Assembly (NCBI GenBank): GCA_965235115.1
Contig: OZ249436.1
Location: 54,562,001-54,626,000 of the forward strand
Direction of reading: 5' to 3'
Length of the DNA: 64,000 nucleotides
Source: Laetmonice hystrix
Lineage: Eukaryota
Shown here: positions 27,653-40,158 of the stretch, piece after piece
Numbering within the stretch: position 1 is the stretch's first letter
How the letters are laid out: every line of letters starts with the position of its first letter
The notes under the pieces: generated by a model
Told to the model about the DNA's origin: nothing
What the model saw: the letters and a program-made list of their open reading frames with translations, nothing else
Database searches by the model: none
Position numbers and translations under genes: made by a program

Positions 27653-28470
27653 ACCTGCTGTAACGAAGGGCTATCATACCTGCTGTAACAAAGGGCTATC
27701 ATACCTGCTGTAACAAAGGGCTATCATACCTGCTGTAACGAAGGGCTATCATGCCTGCTGTAACGAAGGGTTATCATACCTGCTGTAACGAAGGAGTATC
27801 ATGCCTGCTGTAACGAAGGGCTATCATACCTGCTGTAACGAAGGGCTATCATGCCTGGCTGCTGTAACGAAGGGTTATCATACCTGCTGTAACGAAGGGC
27901 TATCATGCCTGCTGTAACGAAGGGGTATCATACCTGCTGTAACAAAGGGCTATCATACCTGCTGTAACAAAGGGCTATCATACCTGCTGTAACAAAGGGC
28001 TATCATACCTGCTGTAACGAAGGGTTATCATACCTGCTGTAACGAAGGGCTATCATGCCTGGCTGCTGTAACGAAGGGTTATCATACCTGCTGTAACGAA
28101 GGGCTATCATGCCTGCTGTAACGAAGGGTTATCATACCTGCTGTAACGAAGGAGTATCATGCCTGCTGTAACGAAGGGCTATCATGCCTGCTGTAACGAA
28201 GGGCTATCATGCCTGCTGTAACGAAGGGCTATCATGCCTGCTGTAACGAAGGGCTATCATGCCTGCTGTAACGAAGGGCTATCATGCCTGCTGTAAGGAA
28301 GGGCTATCATGCCTGCTGTAAGGAATGGCTATCATGCCTGCTGTAAGGAAGGGCTATCATGCGTGCTGTAACGAAGGGCTATCATACCTGTTGTAACGAA
28401 GGGCTATCATGCGTGCTGTAACGAAGGGCTATCATACCTGTTGTAACGAAGGGCTATCATACCTGCTGTA
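27653..28470. repeat. 25-bp minisatellite, ~32 units
   Basis: Unit ACCTGCTGTAACGAAGGGCTATCAT, with variants clustered in blocks. Confidence 0.95.
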
Positions 28471-31349
28471 GTTATGATGCTGGTGGTAAATATATCTCAC
28501 GGTCTATCACCACTGCACGTGTTGGAGTCGAAAATTGATCACATCCATGCTGGAGGTGATAAATATATCACGTCCGCGATGGTAAATCTATCACGTCCGA
28601 GGAGGAAAATCTAACAGGTTTGAGGTCGTAATTTTTACTAACACGTTTGAGGTCATAAATTTCACGGGATAAATGAAATCTATCACACTTCTCGGGGAGT
28701 AGGTAAAATTATCACATCCATGCAGTGCTGCTTCTGTGCGGGATTGCGGAATTCCCGCAATTTTTGGAGCACTGGCGCAAGTTAGAGTGGACCTGGGGCC
28801 ACATGTTGGCGCAGATTTTATGAATTGGTGCGTCTTTCAGTCAATCAGTGCCATCCAAAAAAGGACAGAAAAACACCGACTTCCAGTATCAGTTAGAGAT
28901 ACTTCCTCATTCGTGACCCAGTTTTTTTTTTAAATGTTAAAAAAAATGGTGAAGCATGGCTTATCCATGACCGCCCTTCCATGGAAGTTATTTAGGTGTC
29001 GTTCCGATCATATTGGACCGTTATAATAAATGTCACTTCTAGGATAAGAGAAACTTCTTCACTTCTACGAAAGTTTGACATTGCCTGACAATCAGAGAGT
29101 AAAGTTTAGAAAATAATGTCATGCAGGCCTACCAAACGTAGATGCTGGCACACAACCTGAACACAGGTTACCTCCGCAACTAACGTTTCTTCACCCATGA
29201 AATACTCCCCGTTTCCCACATGCTTCAATCGCCGGCTGTCGAAAGAATAGCCGGGCGACCGCTCCCATGGAGCCCCCCCCCCCCCCCCCCCGTCCTCCGC
29301 TAGATGGGTTATGGGTTACTTTACACTGCTCCATCAACTAGCAACCTAATGTTTAATTCTAACCATGTTCGTGAAATCACTGTTCCAATCCAGGATGTGC
29401 TGGATAAAAATAAGTCATGATGAAACTGAGAGCAACACGGCATCAGATTACAGTAGTATGTGGTTGATTGACGCCGTTATCTGGTCGAAGTACACCATTA
29501 TCTGATCAAAATAATGCCCCGACTTTTTAAACGTACAGACAACTGAACCTTAAGGTCGTGGTACAGTGAACGTAATGCATGTCTGAATCGGACATAATTT
29601 TTATATAGAACCATTGCAGCCTTGAGATATATTGTTTGAAAAAAAGGACAGGAGAGGCTTCAGTAAATGACAATACCAAGATGCATCATTTCAACTTCAT
29701 CATGTTAATTAGATTTCTCATGGCTTCGGAAATTTAATTAAGTTCTACGTCTCATTTCGCCCATCTGCACAAGAGCTGGAACCAGCTTCTTACCATCGCC
29801 TTTTCGCCTTTTTATGCACTGCTATATAAACAATATAGGATGGATAGAAATAGTTTCCATGGAATGAATGGTGATTATAACAATACCACAATTATGATTA
29901 ACAAAAGTACACTCCTGTAAGCCATGATTGTTGTCCTTCTAATGACAAAATAATCATGTCCCAATTTATAACAGAAATCAATCCTATTATTACTCCTCAT
30001 ATAACCTCATCTTTGTGTGTGTTTCATGGCGAGTAAGTATTGACAATGCTTGGAATTGGAAAAATAAACAGATTTATAAACAACCACCACGTTTGGGGCG
30101 TTTCTTCAAGAATCGATAATCTTAAGTAGACAGCACAAAAATCAATAAAATATCTTTGTTCTGGCCAACTGTATTTAATCGGCAATAAAAACTACCAGCA
30201 ACAATTCTAAGTCATCAGGACAACAAATTCTTGTCCTTCGGGTCGCAAGTTAAAAAAAGATTGAGGACCGTTGCAGTAGAGTGATCTGCTCCATCCCTGC
30301 GGTCCATTCTGGTTGTGTGTGTGTGTGTGGGGGGGGGGGGGGGCTCCGCGCCCTCCCGGTCCTACAGTCAGGCCGGTGGTGACAGCCGATCACTCACCTG
30401 GCCTCTGATCATGTTTTAGTGACGACATTCCCTGTGACACAGCTCCCGGCCCAACGCCACCAAACATGGGCTTCGTATTCACGCCATGCGACTTTGTGAC
30501 CAACTGGGGGCAGTCGTGGCGAGCCCAGCACCTCGGCACGTTCGGACGGGCTGTCAAAACGACTTCTGTTGCACGTTTCAGAGAAACCATCCCTTTTCAC
30601 CCAATAGAGATACCAGCACAGATTACTATTTTCTTCCTTTTTTTACGTCAAAGGAATTCTGAATGTGACCCGTGACACGGCTTTGTCTGACTAACTTGCC
30701 CAAACTCAATTTTCGCATTATATTACGGCCGTGGGGACGAAAGGACGAGAGGAGCAGAAACACAATGACAGTAGGTCAGTTTTTCTGTAACCATCTGAGG
30801 GGGAGTCGGAGGATGCCACCTGTCTGTAATACCTGCATAATGAACGGAGCCAGTAAATAAGTTTGCCTTGTCTTGTTTGTCTGCCATCGAATTCTCCGAA
30901 GGTACTCTTCACCTTGTCGGCCAATGACCGCCAAACCTCCCTCGTTCTGAGAACTACGGTAGAAGACCAATGGTGCCGACTGACATGGTACTGGCATTTA
31001 CTTCAAGGATTCTGCCCGCAGTATCAGTCCCGTACGAAGGAGGGGGGGTACGAAGGGTGCGTACGCACCCCCCCCCCCCGCACTCCCCACCCCCACCCCC
31101 ATGAGCCACCAAGGTCCAGTTTTTGCAAGTCCTAAATGCATAGCACAAGCCTAAAGATATGAAATGACAAATTTTAAAAAGGCCTCCCTACAATATAAAT
31201 AAGTAAATTGGCCTATAGGTTAAATAAAAAATATCAATTCTACTGGCTCTGCCTTCTACTCGAGGACTAGACGCAGTGCGATAATTACAACATTACACAG
31301 TGGGGCCAGTCACAGTGACATAGTCTGTGGGACAGCTTCTTCTGCACCG

Positions 31350-33100
31350 CACAGGGACACCCAGTGACACTGCATGACGCACTCTATGTTGCCCCTCTTC
31401 AAGACTGGACAGCATGATCCGCCGAGGATCCAAGCCTTTTTGAAGAAGTGACTCCGAGTCGTTTTTTAACGGCCATGATTCATTCCGTCATTTTTTTGTA
31501 AATATTGGTAGCAAGCTGACGGGTTGGGGCCTGCTGTTGGAATAGCCTAGCGTAATTTAATAATACATGTCCCGGCGCTTCCATAGGAGCTCGTCATAGT
31601 TAACGTCGCATCACCCCGAAATGTGTACAATCAAATCAGTCGTATGGAACACGCGTTCCATACGGTCCACCGTATGGCACCCCCTGAATGGCACTGGCAG
31701 GTATACCTGATGTCTTCAAATCGGAGTGGACTGTAAGCAAAACCTCGAGATATTTATGACCTGATATTATCAGTATAGTCTTTGCCTTTGGTGGAGTTGG
31801 ACGACTGCTAAGGCTTGCAGCTACATATTCCACTCCAGGCTAGCAGCGGAAGACCTGGTTATATTTTCTCTGGAAGTTCACCCCAGCAGTTTGCAAGCCT
31901 TCAATTCTCGAACCTTAACTCGATCTGAATGACAGTATCTCGGCTGCCTCTGGGTTTTAGTCGTAACTCCCCATCCTTCAATTCTCAAACCTTAACTCGA
32001 TCTGAATGACAGTATCTCGGCTGCCTCTGGGTTTTAGTCGTAACTCCCCATCCTCCCAATAACTACTGCCACACCAGAACGAGACTACATCCGGGTCAGC
32101 GGCAGCCACTGAGAGAAGTGATTGTGTCCATACTGTATTGATTTGCGATCGCTGCTGGCAGAGCTATACGGGCATGGGCGCCAAGATGGATTTCTAAGAC
32201 AGGATCAGTTCTCCCGATAAGTCAAGCCCTAACTGCCGACAAGATATCCATGTTTAGTGGCCACACATCGCCACAGATGTTTGAAGAATCTCGCAGTCAG
32301 GACAAACATTAACTATTCAGGGCTAGTTGGTGTCTGGGACGGTTACCTGATAATACAAGGGGTTGCACTACATCATACATGTATTGTGTGGTGCAGTAAG
32401 TTCCTGGCACATATCGGGCGATAATATCAACTGAGGCTAACTGAGAGCTACTGTGTTAAATCAGATCAGATCAGATGGAAATAACCCCGCCGGAGTCAAT
32501 ATCTTCGAATGGGGCGATTGTAAAAGCCTTGACTTTGGCTACCACTTCTTATCTTGTCACCTGGAGAGGACTGCTCAGACAAAAGCTATAGATAAACCAT
32601 TTTCAATGCCCTTCCCCCCTTAGCCTACAGCCCCAAGATGCCACAATATTCTATTTATAACCAACTCGTCCATCCAAGGAAAGATCTCTTCTCCAAATCA
32701 GCATGGCACATCGAACAAAACTTGCCAGTTTCAATCAGTTATCGCCTGCCGAGCACTTGGACACGCTGATATCATAATACGACTGTGACATCATAACATG
32801 ACTATGACATCATTACGTTACTGTGACATCATAATAATCACAGTACGGGGGTGCAGACGGCTGAGTTCTGAGCGGATGATACATGTTGACAGGTTCCCAG
32901 CAGTGAGACTACAGCAGACGCGGCCAGCCGGCCAGAATCTGTAAAACAATACCGACAGAGCTGATCGTCCACTACACTGCCCAGGCCACCTCGTCCCATC
33001 ATCCTTTGCCTGACACTCTCTTCCGAGTGAAAAAAAAAACCAAACTCTATCAGGCTTACAAGGGCATGGTAATCTTCAACAGAGACCAATTTTAAGATAG
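31350..33100 (-). mobile_element. Heavily decayed non-LTR retrotransposon RT region (I/Nimb-like)
   Basis: RT motifs appear in the expected order across frameshifts: EDYHALVSL (YRPISL), SEESVRQRM, DDQLCR, DLEK, LGAVG*GGRALK (L..iG..G..L.W), GGVIS..FN, KAKT..HKYLEV (KYLGV), SYGSA. Confidence 0.6.
31898..32053. repeat. 77-bp tandem duplication (2 copies) within the LINE remnant
   Basis: CCTTCAATTCTC..AACTCCCCAT occurs at 31898 and 31975. Confidence 0.9.
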
Positions 33101-33414
33101 CGTATCAAAATAGAAGTTTTTTTTCCGTGGCACTATACAGAGCAGCGTGACGCCTGTTATAATTGAAGTGTCCAAAACTTACCCCACCTCACGCCATCCG
33201 TCCATGCCTCATATTAAACACCCGACCCAACCCTGCCAAACCCATGATGGGATACATACAGGTCCACTGCTGGGTGACACGATTATGAATCGGCCCGCAG
33301 CTCTGAAGACTGACAGCAGTAAAAAACAATCCATCAACATCTTGAGAGTTACTTCATTGAACGAGACGACACCTCATTTCATACATCAATAAGCAAGTCA
33401 GAATATGGTAAATC

Positions 33415-34505
33415 TCCATCAGTCCAAAACCAACTTGGACTGCAGTAAACAGAACATGGCAACTCGCCACTACTTCAAGACCAAGTCAGACTGCAGAACA
33501 TGGCAACTCGCCACCAGTCCAAGACCAAGTCAGACTGCAGTAAACAGAACATGGCAACTCGCCACCAGTCCAAGACCAAGTCAGACGGCAATAAACAGAA
33601 CATGGCAACTCGCCACCAGTCCAAGACCAAGTCAGACTGCAGTAAACAGAACATGGCAACTCGCCACCAGTCCAAGACCAAGTCAGACGGCAATAAACAG
33701 AACATGGCAACTCGCCACCAGTCCAAGACCAAGTCAGACTGCAGTAAACAGAACATGGCAACTCGCCACCAGTCCAAGACCAAGTCAGACTGCAGTAAAC
33801 AGAACATGGCAACTCGCCACCAGTCCAAGACCAAGTCAGACGGCAATAAACAGAACATGGCAACTCGCCACCAGTCCAAGACCAAGTCAGACTGCAGTAA
33901 ACAGAACATGGCAACTCGCCACCAGTCCAAGACCAAGTCAGACGGCAATAAACAGAACATGGCAACTCGCCACCAGTCCAAGACCAAGTCAGACTGCAGT
34001 AAACAGAACATGGCAACTCGCCACCAGTCCAAGACCAAGTCAGACGGCAATAAACAGAACGTGGCAACTCGGCATCAGTCCAAGACCAAGTCAGACTGCA
34101 GTAAACAGAACATGGCAACTCGCCACTACTTCAAGACCAAGTCAGACTGCAGAACATGGCAACTCGGCATCAGTTCAAGACCAAGTCTGACTTCAGTAAA
34201 CAGAACATGGCAACTCGCCACCAGTCCAAGACCAAGTCAGACTGCAGTAAACAGAACATGGCAACTCGCCACCAGTCCAAGACCAAGTCAGACGGCAATA
34301 AACAGAACATGGCAACTCGCCACCAGTCCAAGACCAAGTCAGACGGCAATAAACAGAACATGGCAACTCGCCACCAGTCCAAGACCAAGTCAGACTGCAG
34401 CAAACAGAACATAGCAACTCGCCACCAGTCCAAGACCAAGTCAGACTGCAGTAAACAGAACATTGCAACTCGCCACCAGCCCAAGACCAAGTCGGACTTC
34501 AGTAA
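33415..34505. repeat. 51-bp minisatellite, ~21 units, with dimeric higher-order pattern
   Basis: Unit AAACAGAACATGGCAACTCGCCACCAGTCCAAGACCAAGTCAGACTGCAGT. CTGCAGTAA and CGGCAATAA variants mostly alternate. Confidence 0.95.
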
Positions 34506-35597
34506 CTAAACGGTCGGCCGAAATATCCACAATAAAGTGTAAACAGTCATTTTTTGCATCATTTCAATACTCGAGTTCAGTATCTGTAATTTACACTAGG
34601 AACTACTCAAATGTGAATTATCACATGTTTGCGTTCACGTGCTTTTTGCTTTTAAGAAGACTTGTTAAATTTATAGATGCCTAATACACTTTACGTCATC
34701 ATCAATCACACTGAAAATCCAGTTTTTTTAAACAAGTGTATCTCCAGAGGCATCCAGCCCTCTTGCCTCAATGTATTGATGCATAATTAGGCCAAACGTT
34801 GTTAGGGCTTGTTACTCTGCCAGGAATTCACTTCCAGTAAAAGACGCCCACCAACGTTAGTCTAAATAATTCATGCCAATAATATCCCTTCGTTTGCCAT
34901 AAAATACACAGACCTACCGACTGTTTACAATATCTATGAATAACGTATAACGTCGACAAGCTGCCTTCACGAAAGCCAATATCTACATAATGTATACAAA
35001 CACCAGGCTTGCGTGCATCGCTACCTGAGAGACTGCCTTGTCCAAGAACTATCAGCTGATCTATCGTCTCCACCAGAGAGACTAACTTGTTCAGGGACTA
35101 TCAGCAAATCTATATCGTCAACCGGAGGAGCTGCCTTGTCCCCTGTCTATGACATTACATGCCTTGTTCTCGGACTGTCGGTATATCTATTCCAATCATT
35201 GCCATGTAAACGCAGTCCGTCTGATACAAGAGAAACCATTTTGTCCATATTTCAACATTACACATACAACTGTATGCCCAGGTTAGGAAATATTGTGTCG
35301 CATGCCTGGATCATTACAGGAGGAAGTCAAACACAGATAGTATGAATTAGGTGGCTGTGTTCTGGACATGTAGTGTCTCATAATGTAGGCACCCCCCCCC
35401 CCCCTCTCAAGTTTAGCATTCACTGTTGGCTTATGACAGACGATAATGGGATTGGCAACTGAGCTGGTCGTGGATAGACAACCCGTAACCTTTTTGCACT
35501 TGGTGGAGAAGTGTTTATAAATCGGATGGCAGTAGCAACCAGAACCCATCAGCGACATACACTTGTGGGATGCCCACATTATGGCTTGCAGGTTGCA

Positions 35598-35776
35598 GCC
35601 ATATCCGTATTGGCATTCAATCTGACTTTCAGCCGTATCCGTATTGGCGTTCAATCTGACTTTCAGTCATATCCGTATTGGCATTCATTGCCATTCAATC
35701 TGACTTTCAGCAATCCGTATTGGCATTCAATCTGACTTTCAGCAATCCGTATTGGCATTCAATCTGACTTTCAGCA
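35598..35776. repeat. ~31-bp minisatellite abutting the PTCD1 exon-3 donor
   Basis: About 5 units of ATCCGTATTGGCATTCAATCTGACTTTCAGC, ending ~12 bp from the splice donor. Confidence 0.9.
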
Positions 35777-35788
35777 AGTTGCACCTAC

Positions 35789-35929
35789 CTTCTTGAAGAG
35801 TCCAAATGCCTTTTTGGTGTACCCTGCGCGGCCAAGTATCCCAATCAGCAGGGTGAAGAGGAACTCGTTGGGCCTGACTCGGTCCTGTTTTATCATCTGG
35901 TCCTCCAACATCTGTATTGATTCATACAC
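35789..35929 (-). CDS. PTCD1: PTCD1-like PPR protein, coding exon 3 (VYESIQMLEDQMIKQDRVRPNEFLFTLLIGILGRAGYTKKAFGLFKK)
   Basis: ctttctcttag acceptor and gtaggt donor; 141 nt, phase 0-0. The PPR motif aligns with recalled human PTCD1 LVEALDLFERQMLKEERLQP..YTVLIGGCGRVGYLKKAF. Confidence 0.88.
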
Positions 35930-36917
35930 CTAAGAGAAAGAGTGAACGGTCTGTTATATCTTACAGTACATTAGTTATACCAGTATCAGCATTGTAGCAA
36001 CAACAAAAATAATTTAACCCAAACTTTTAAAAAACGGTGGTGCTTAATGATACACAAAGACAACCTAAACATAAAAAATAAGCCAGTTTCTACCTCTCAC
36101 TGCCATCTTATGTCTAAGATGCGTTTGAGATCATCTGTAGTGACAAACGGGTTCAAAGGAAGCACATTTTCTTTTCAAAAGGACAATCGATAAATAGCCA
36201 TCATCCCTTCAACGCCAATCTAACATTTGGGAATTCCGTCACTCACGTGACCCTCAGACAGTGCGATTACGGGGAATACCTCATCAGCCAACATCGGCAC
36301 ATGCAGTTCACATGGCTTAGATTCACAATCTACCTCGTTTTCGTCGGGCTGACGCAATCAACTCCCATCATGCACTATGCAGCTCGGAGGAGAATGTAAA
36401 CAGAGCAAGTTCATTCGTAGTGAATGAAATTCCGTTAGACCTGGCACCCTCCGAATTTGTGTTTATCACAGGCGAATAGAAACTTACTGAGGTAAAATTG
36501 TGTCAAGGATGAAAAGGTCTATGCATTAAGGAACATATCAGTGGAAAATTAGGCTGCGTTTGTGTATCTTTAAGAGGTGAAACTTAAAAAAAGGCTTTGG
36601 AACGGAGGTGTCAGACTTCCCTGACCTCCTGAATACAGCCTTCAGTCGAAGACTACTAGCTCTAACGTGGATTTGATGTACCAAGTATCACCAATCTTCA
36701 TTCACTGTTTTCCTTTCCCTTCCATTAAAGTAAGAGTCTACATGTATTTATCTTCAAATGGAAACATCCACGAGGCAAGAACAAAGTGCGCAAGGATTCA
36801 AGTTGCTTCACTTTCTTCTGTGACCTGATATTTTAACATTCTGAGCGATTTGTCATGGGATGCCAAGGACCATGAGCTGACGATGTCTGGCTACAGCTGA
36901 CAAAGAATAAGACAAAC

Positions 36918-37038
36918 CTTGCCAGCCTTTCCCAACCGCTCAATCTGCCGGGAGTACCACCAGACGGTGTGTCCTGTCAATCCACGCTCCCTCAGGGGAA
37001 TGTGGTCGTCGTCCTCATCATCTGACAGATAGTTCTGC
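36918..37038 (-). CDS. PTCD1: PTCD1-like, coding exon 2 ((R)QNYLSDDEDDDHIPLRERGLTGHTVWWYSRQIERLGKAGK)
   Basis: 121 nt, phase 2-0, joins exons 1 and 3 in frame. HTVWWY...GK matches recalled PTCD1 NTPYWY...EGK. Confidence 0.85.
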
Positions 37039-37790
37039 CTATCAATACAAGAAACCAAGCACAGCAGGATTAGTCACGCCATCTGACAGATAGTTCTGCC
37101 TATCAATACAAGAAACCAAGCACAGCAGGATTAGTCACACCATCTGACAGATAGTTCTGCCTATCAATACAAGAAACCAAGCACAGCAGGATTAGTCACA
37201 CCATCTGACAGATAGTCCTGGCTGTCAATACAAGATGCCAAGCACAGCAGGATTAGTCACACCACCTGACAGATAGTTCTGCCTGTCAATACAAGAAACC
37301 AAGCACAGTAGGATTAGTCACACCATCTGACAGATAGTCCTGCCTGTCAATACAAGAAACCAAGCACAGCAGGATTAGTCACACCATCTGACAGATAGTT
37401 CTGCCTGTCAATACAAGAAACTAAGCAGAGCAGGATTAGTCACACCATCTGACAGATAGTCCTGCCTGTCAATACAAGAAACCAAGCACAGCAGGATTAG
37501 TCACACCACCTGACAGATAGTTCTGTCTATCAATACAAGAAACCAAGCACAGCAGGATTAGTCACACCATCTGATGTCCTAGATAGTCTTGCCTGTCAAT
37601 ACAAGAAACCAAGCAAAGCAGGATTAGCTACACCATCTGACGGATAGTCCTGCCTATCATTACAAGAAACTACAAACACAAAGATTAGCCACATTATCTG
37701 GCGTATAGTCCTGCCTGTCAAATTGACACACGAAACCACAAAAACAAAATTTAGTCACATCATCTGGCGGATAGTCCTGTCTGTCAATTA
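37019..37790. repeat. 61-bp minisatellite, ~12 units, made from the exon-2 intron/exon junction
   Basis: Units start at 37019, 37080, 37141 and so on. The first unit overlaps the real acceptor and the first 20 nt of exon 2. Confidence 0.95.
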
Positions 37791-39514
37791 AGGATGAGAT
37801 ATATGATGCCTAAAATTAAGTAACTTATAAAAAAAATAATGTCCATCTTAATTAGGCGATAACTTTGGCTCCTTTGACATTTGCCCAGTCTATATTTATT
37901 ATAGTACATGTATACTGCGCCATGTATCATTCTATGCCATACATTACCCTCAAAATACAAACCCTGAGTAAAAATATGAGGACTAGAATATTAAAAAGGA
38001 AATAATTCCATGTACATAATTTACAAAATTACCCCTGCTATCCACAGACTTGAGTAAACAGTGAGTCTGACATTCAACAAATCACTCACTCTCTCGTTCT
38101 TTGACTGAAGCTGCACACAAATAAAGGCAAGCAAAGCACGAACACATTTTATACAGTCAGTACTGACAGAATGCATCTCCTCTTTTGAAACACCTCTCTG
38201 AATGATGGTTCTCTATTTATAATAATTATTCCAAACGCCTTGTCCTGCTATTCCTGCAGCCACAGTCCTGGTAAGATGTTAGCACCACCCTTTTAAGTTC
38301 CGAAGGCCGTGTACACGCACCGTCAGATCAAATATGGTAAGCCTTTCAGTTAACGTTTGATTCTGAGACCACTGGAACCAAAGCTGAAAGGATCACCATT
38401 GGCTTGACAAGATGTATGATGCTTTGATCTGACTGTAGAGATCTTGCCCGCTTAATCACCTACGGCAATCTGTCATCCCAAATAGAGACTTTAGACAAGG
38501 GGTCCCTTATCAGTATCGCTCACTTTGGGGCAGAGAGACTGGGGAGAACAATTAATATCAGAACAAATCAGAACAAAAATATAGACGTCATGGAGGCTAC
38601 AGATAACAACTATTTTCAAAAACTAGTTGAATTTCCTCTATTTTTCACAATTAATTGCGGTAGGCATAGTTAAGTGAAACTGATTCCAGGTCCATATTAT
38701 AAAGATTCAGTTTTTTAAAGTCCTCAGTCATACTGGCCAACACTCACAGCGTTCTGGTATGAAACTCTTTCTTTTTCAGTACCGTATATTTTTATCATTT
38801 TCTTGGTCAGTTTGGACATTTCTAAACAATTTTATTTTATTTGTTTAAACGATGTTAAAGGACTGCAGAAACCTTAATAATTACCTAAAGATATGACTGG
38901 ACAAAGATGAGGAGAGGGCCCTTTATCTGAGATCTTCTCAAAGACAAATGCCATCAAGGATAACACATATTTTAAGCCATTTTCTTTTTTAAACCCCCAT
39001 TAAATTGTGAGCTTTTATAACGAAATCCTTGCCGTCCATTACCGTATAAACTTCAATCGCCTCATTGTGACCTGCAGACCAAGTTGTTATCCTGGCAGGC
39101 AGTGGCTCATTTTCGTTTGAAACGTAAGAGAAACCATATTATACGACTATCATACGGCTAATTCTTTAGTTTGAGTAGATAAATCAAATAAACATTGCCT
39201 TTGTATCATTTCATTAGGTCGCATAGATCTTCCCATACTTCCCACACCATTGAGAACCTGCAACAACGTTTAGTTTTCATATACTACTTCCATACGAGCG
39301 TTCACTTACAAGTTGGTATTTGTGCCTGCATCACTTACATAGCGGCTGGATATTTAGAACACCTAAGTCGGTGCTTAATTCTATATCTACAGATTTGCTG
39401 TACAAATCAATGATACTCATTTAAACATATATATCACAAATAATCTCCCATGACTCTTTGTTTTTAATAACCCGCCCTCACAGCCTACTTTTCATGAACT
39501 ACTGACAGTTTTAC

Positions 39515-40158
39515 CTTTCTGGCTGACTGACATCGGCGGGGAGCCGCAGTTGCCCTGGGCCCGCCAGGGTGCCGAACTCCTCCGCCCAGGCTGCGGCAGA
39601 GTCAGAGTCACCCTTTACCTTCGTGCTCCGTCTTCTCGACTTTTCCCGCCCTTCAACAGGGAAGTTGGGAGAGGTGCCTTTCACATGATGAGAGTTCTTC
39701 CAGAACTCAGGTAGGTCAGGGTCATATTCCTCCCCATGTGTGACCCTGTCCAGGCCACTGGTGTTCTTTTCTAAGGGTGACCCAAGCGTGCCAAACGTGT
39801 CCTCCTCTGGAAGGTCCGTCAGTACCTCCTCAAGGAGCGCTTCCTCTTCCCTCACCTGCTCACTGTCCACGACTCGGTTCGTAAGCCTCTTGGCCAGAGA
39901 GTCATGGTCTGGTCCCGTGGTGTTTCTTCCACTCCTCATTGGCCTAGATCTCCGTCGTTTCCCGGCATACTCACCGCCGTATTTCTGATCCTGACCCCGA
40001 TAATTTGGCTCATGACAGAAGGTGGCCGTCTGAGTGAGGCCAGGGGTGTAGACACAGGTCGGCCTGAGATGTTGGTGGTATCGGGACCGTCGTGTCCACG
40101 GCCCGGTCAGCCTCACGCCGGCTGACCGGACCCACACAAAACTCGCCAACCTCAACAT
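39515..40158 (-). CDS. PTCD1: PTCD1-like, first coding exon (MLRLASFVWVRS...QPE, phase-2 donor)
   Basis: Long non-repetitive ORF with an Arg-rich, acid-poor N-terminus like a mitochondrial presequence and two FGTL motifs (EDTFGTL, EEFGTL). Ends AG|gtaaaa. An acceptor-like tatgttgcag just upstream of 40182 suggests a further 5' UTR exon. Confidence 0.82.

Noticed and set aside
26238..28470. CRISPR-like appearance of the short-unit arrays
   Set aside because: Head-to-tail units with no unique spacers, no cas genes, and a eukaryotic context.
30776..30997. LVFYRSSQNEGGLAV as a LINE GGLG motif
   Set aside because: A single short motif is too little to call.
33405..34509. ORFs up to 304 aa on both strands
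   Set aside because: 51-bp minisatellite translation artefact.
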